From: Acidobacteriota bacterium
GTDB taxonomy: Bacteria; Acidobacteriota; Terriglobia; Bryobacterales; Bryobacteraceae
NCBI GenBank assembly: GCA_016213775.1
Contig: JACQZR010000126.1
Span: 16 to 64,015 of the forward strand
DNA: 64,000 nucleotides
Reading direction: 5' to 3'
Positions 62,942-64,000 of the stretch are shown here, piece by piece. The notes below the pieces were generated by a model. The model had not been told where the DNA came from. It was given only the letters and a program-made list of their open reading frames with translations, and did no database searches. Numbering within the stretch: position 1 is the stretch's first letter; each line of letters starts with the position of its first letter. Both the position numbers and the translations under genes were made by a program.

Positions 62942-64000
62942 TCACTTCCCACCGTATTCCAGAGTCTGTTTCGCGCTGACTCGTTTCTCCAAATCTCCGC
63001 GGCGCAGGAAATAGGTATCCTTCGCTCGCGACTTGCTAAACAGCTTCTCCGCCTGATCGTCGAAGTGCGGCGACTTCGGATCGTCACTCTCGCCCAACGG
63101 CAGAATCATCCACGACCGTGGCGGTTTGGTCAGCACCACGATTTGCGTCTGGGTCTGTCCGCCTGTTCCCACCATCACATTGCCGCGCTTTTCAAAGGTG
63201 ATGGCGCGCGGTGTCGCCATCCCGGCCTCGCGCAGTGTTCCCCCGGATACCGGAAATGTCCGCTCACTCCCACGCCGGCCAACGCGGAAATAACTTCCAT
63301 AGGTGGCATCCGGTGGAAACTCCTGCTTCAGCCGCTCGGCGGATTTGCCTACTGCCTCCCTCACGTCCGCATCAGTCACCTCCGCCGGCGGTTCCACCGC
63401 GCTCGCATGCCGTCCCAGCGCCATCTTGAACAGGTAGTAGGCGAGGGCTCCTCGCGAATCTGCATCCCCCCGGCGGTTCCAATCGAGCAGCAACCTTGCG
63501 TCCGGGGCCGCTTTGCGTATTCGTTCCTGCCACATCTCCGCACGAAAGACCTGCGCTGAAAAAGCAATCTCGATCGCCTGATCCGCCGTCACACCCGTCG
63601 CCCTATCCAGTTGCTCCAGCGTCATCGCCGCCCGCTGATGCGCCGGCTGCGTCGCGTTGTACAGATATGGCCTCGATGCCCATCTCTCTGCATAAAGCGG
63701 CGAGTCCTTCATCATGAACCACGGCGGGCAGTTGTTATTCTGCATGTACCCTTGCGGTGGATTGTGCATCTGGACCAGATCCGCCGTGGCGTGTATCCCT
63801 TGCCACTCGCATTCGCCCGTACCCGGCTGAGGCTTCGATGGGTCGCATCCCGCGGCTCTCACCGGCACGCGGCCATTGCGCAGATAGTAAATGTCTCCGT
63901 CCACCGTCCCCACCATGATGTTCTGCGCCATGTACTGCCGCAGATCCAAGGCCCGCTTCATTTCAATCAGGTCCCTCGCCGTGATCATCTGCCAGGCCTG
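62942..64000 (-). CDS. penicillin-acylase-family (S45, Ntn hydrolase) protein, C-terminal part; the gene continues beyond the window
   Basis: It shows C-terminal family similarity (GESDDPKSPHFDDQAEKLF). The 348 aa in the window are far shorter than the family norm, and the frame stays open to the window edge. Confidence 0.8.
   Translation of the reverse strand, partial: QAWQMITARDLIEMKRALDLRQYMAQNIMVGTVDGDIYYLRNGRVPVRAAGCDPSKPQPGTGECEWQGIHATADLVQMHNPPQGYMQNNNCPPWFMMKDSPLYAERWASRPYLYNATQPAHQRAAMTLEQLDRATGVTADQAIEIAFSAQVFRAEMWQERIRKAAPDARLLLDWNRRGDADSRGALAYYLFKMALGRHASAVEPPAEVTDADVREAVGKSAERLKQEFPPDATYGSYFRVGRRGSERTFPVSGGTLREAGMATPRAITFEKRGNVMVGTGGQTQTQIVVLTKPPRSWMILPLGESDDPKSPHFDDQAEKLFSKSRAKDTYFLRRGDLEKRVSAKQTLEYGGK

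Noticed and set aside
1-64000. A search by eye for CRISPR arrays, IS elements or transposases, integrases, reverse transcriptases (YxDD), rRNA, and the characteristic sequence motifs of tmRNA, RNase P and SRP RNA.
   Set aside because: None was found. The only notable nucleotide repeats are the 110-bp junction duplication and the short motifs reported above. A computational repeat and Rfam scan would be needed to be certain.

Overview
This is a high-G+C, very gene-dense bacterial chromosome segment with about 50 credible CDS. The protein repertoire looks Acidobacteriota-like, which is an inference from carboxypeptidase-regulatory-domain TonB receptors, a GWxTD domain, wHTH-TPR regulators and many NHL/PQQ beta-propellers. 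I saw no rRNA, canonical tRNA, CRISPR array, transposase or integrase. Many long ORFs in the track are antisense shadows of real genes. The track also uses GTG/TTG starts, so several starts were re-picked by hand. Main blocks: (1) 1425-12369, a nitrate-assimilation cluster: FeS-DmsC fusion, NasA-like molybdoenzyme, nirBD, NNP transporter, porin and a HemD-like gene. (2) 12465-17491, an SDR, an orphan Clp-D2-type AAA+ ATPase and secreted hypotheticals. (3) 17570-19625, a BlaI/BlaR1-type pair whose sensor carries GWxTD and TonB-C domains. (4) 22228-28324, a LytS/LytTR operon with secreted propeller and PHP-like proteins. (5) 29011-39611, mixed housekeeping genes: wHTH-TPR regulator, asparaginase, S41 peptidase, hemH, tesA-ybbA-ybbP-like trio and cytochrome P460. 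(6) 39617-45704, a TonB receptor plus a 700-aa metzincin-like protein with a small secreted partner. (7) 46129-50559, a lysine-biosynthesis operon behind an L-box (lysine) riboswitch that I could read directly from the sequence. (8) 54292-61614, a Uma2 endonuclease, a 1115-aa wHTH/SF1-helicase/DUF559-nuclease fusion (candidate single-gene defence), a second EF-hand PQQ propeller and an SPFH plus Arc-like pair. The most interesting items are the helicase-nuclease, the zincin and small-partner pair beside an AT-rich spacer containing a tRNA-like fold, the quinol-anchored NasA module, and a 110-bp junction duplication between nasA and nirB. That duplication creates a 37-codon ORF chained to both neighbours by ATGA overlaps. 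Nothing here can be called a proven new system from sequence alone.
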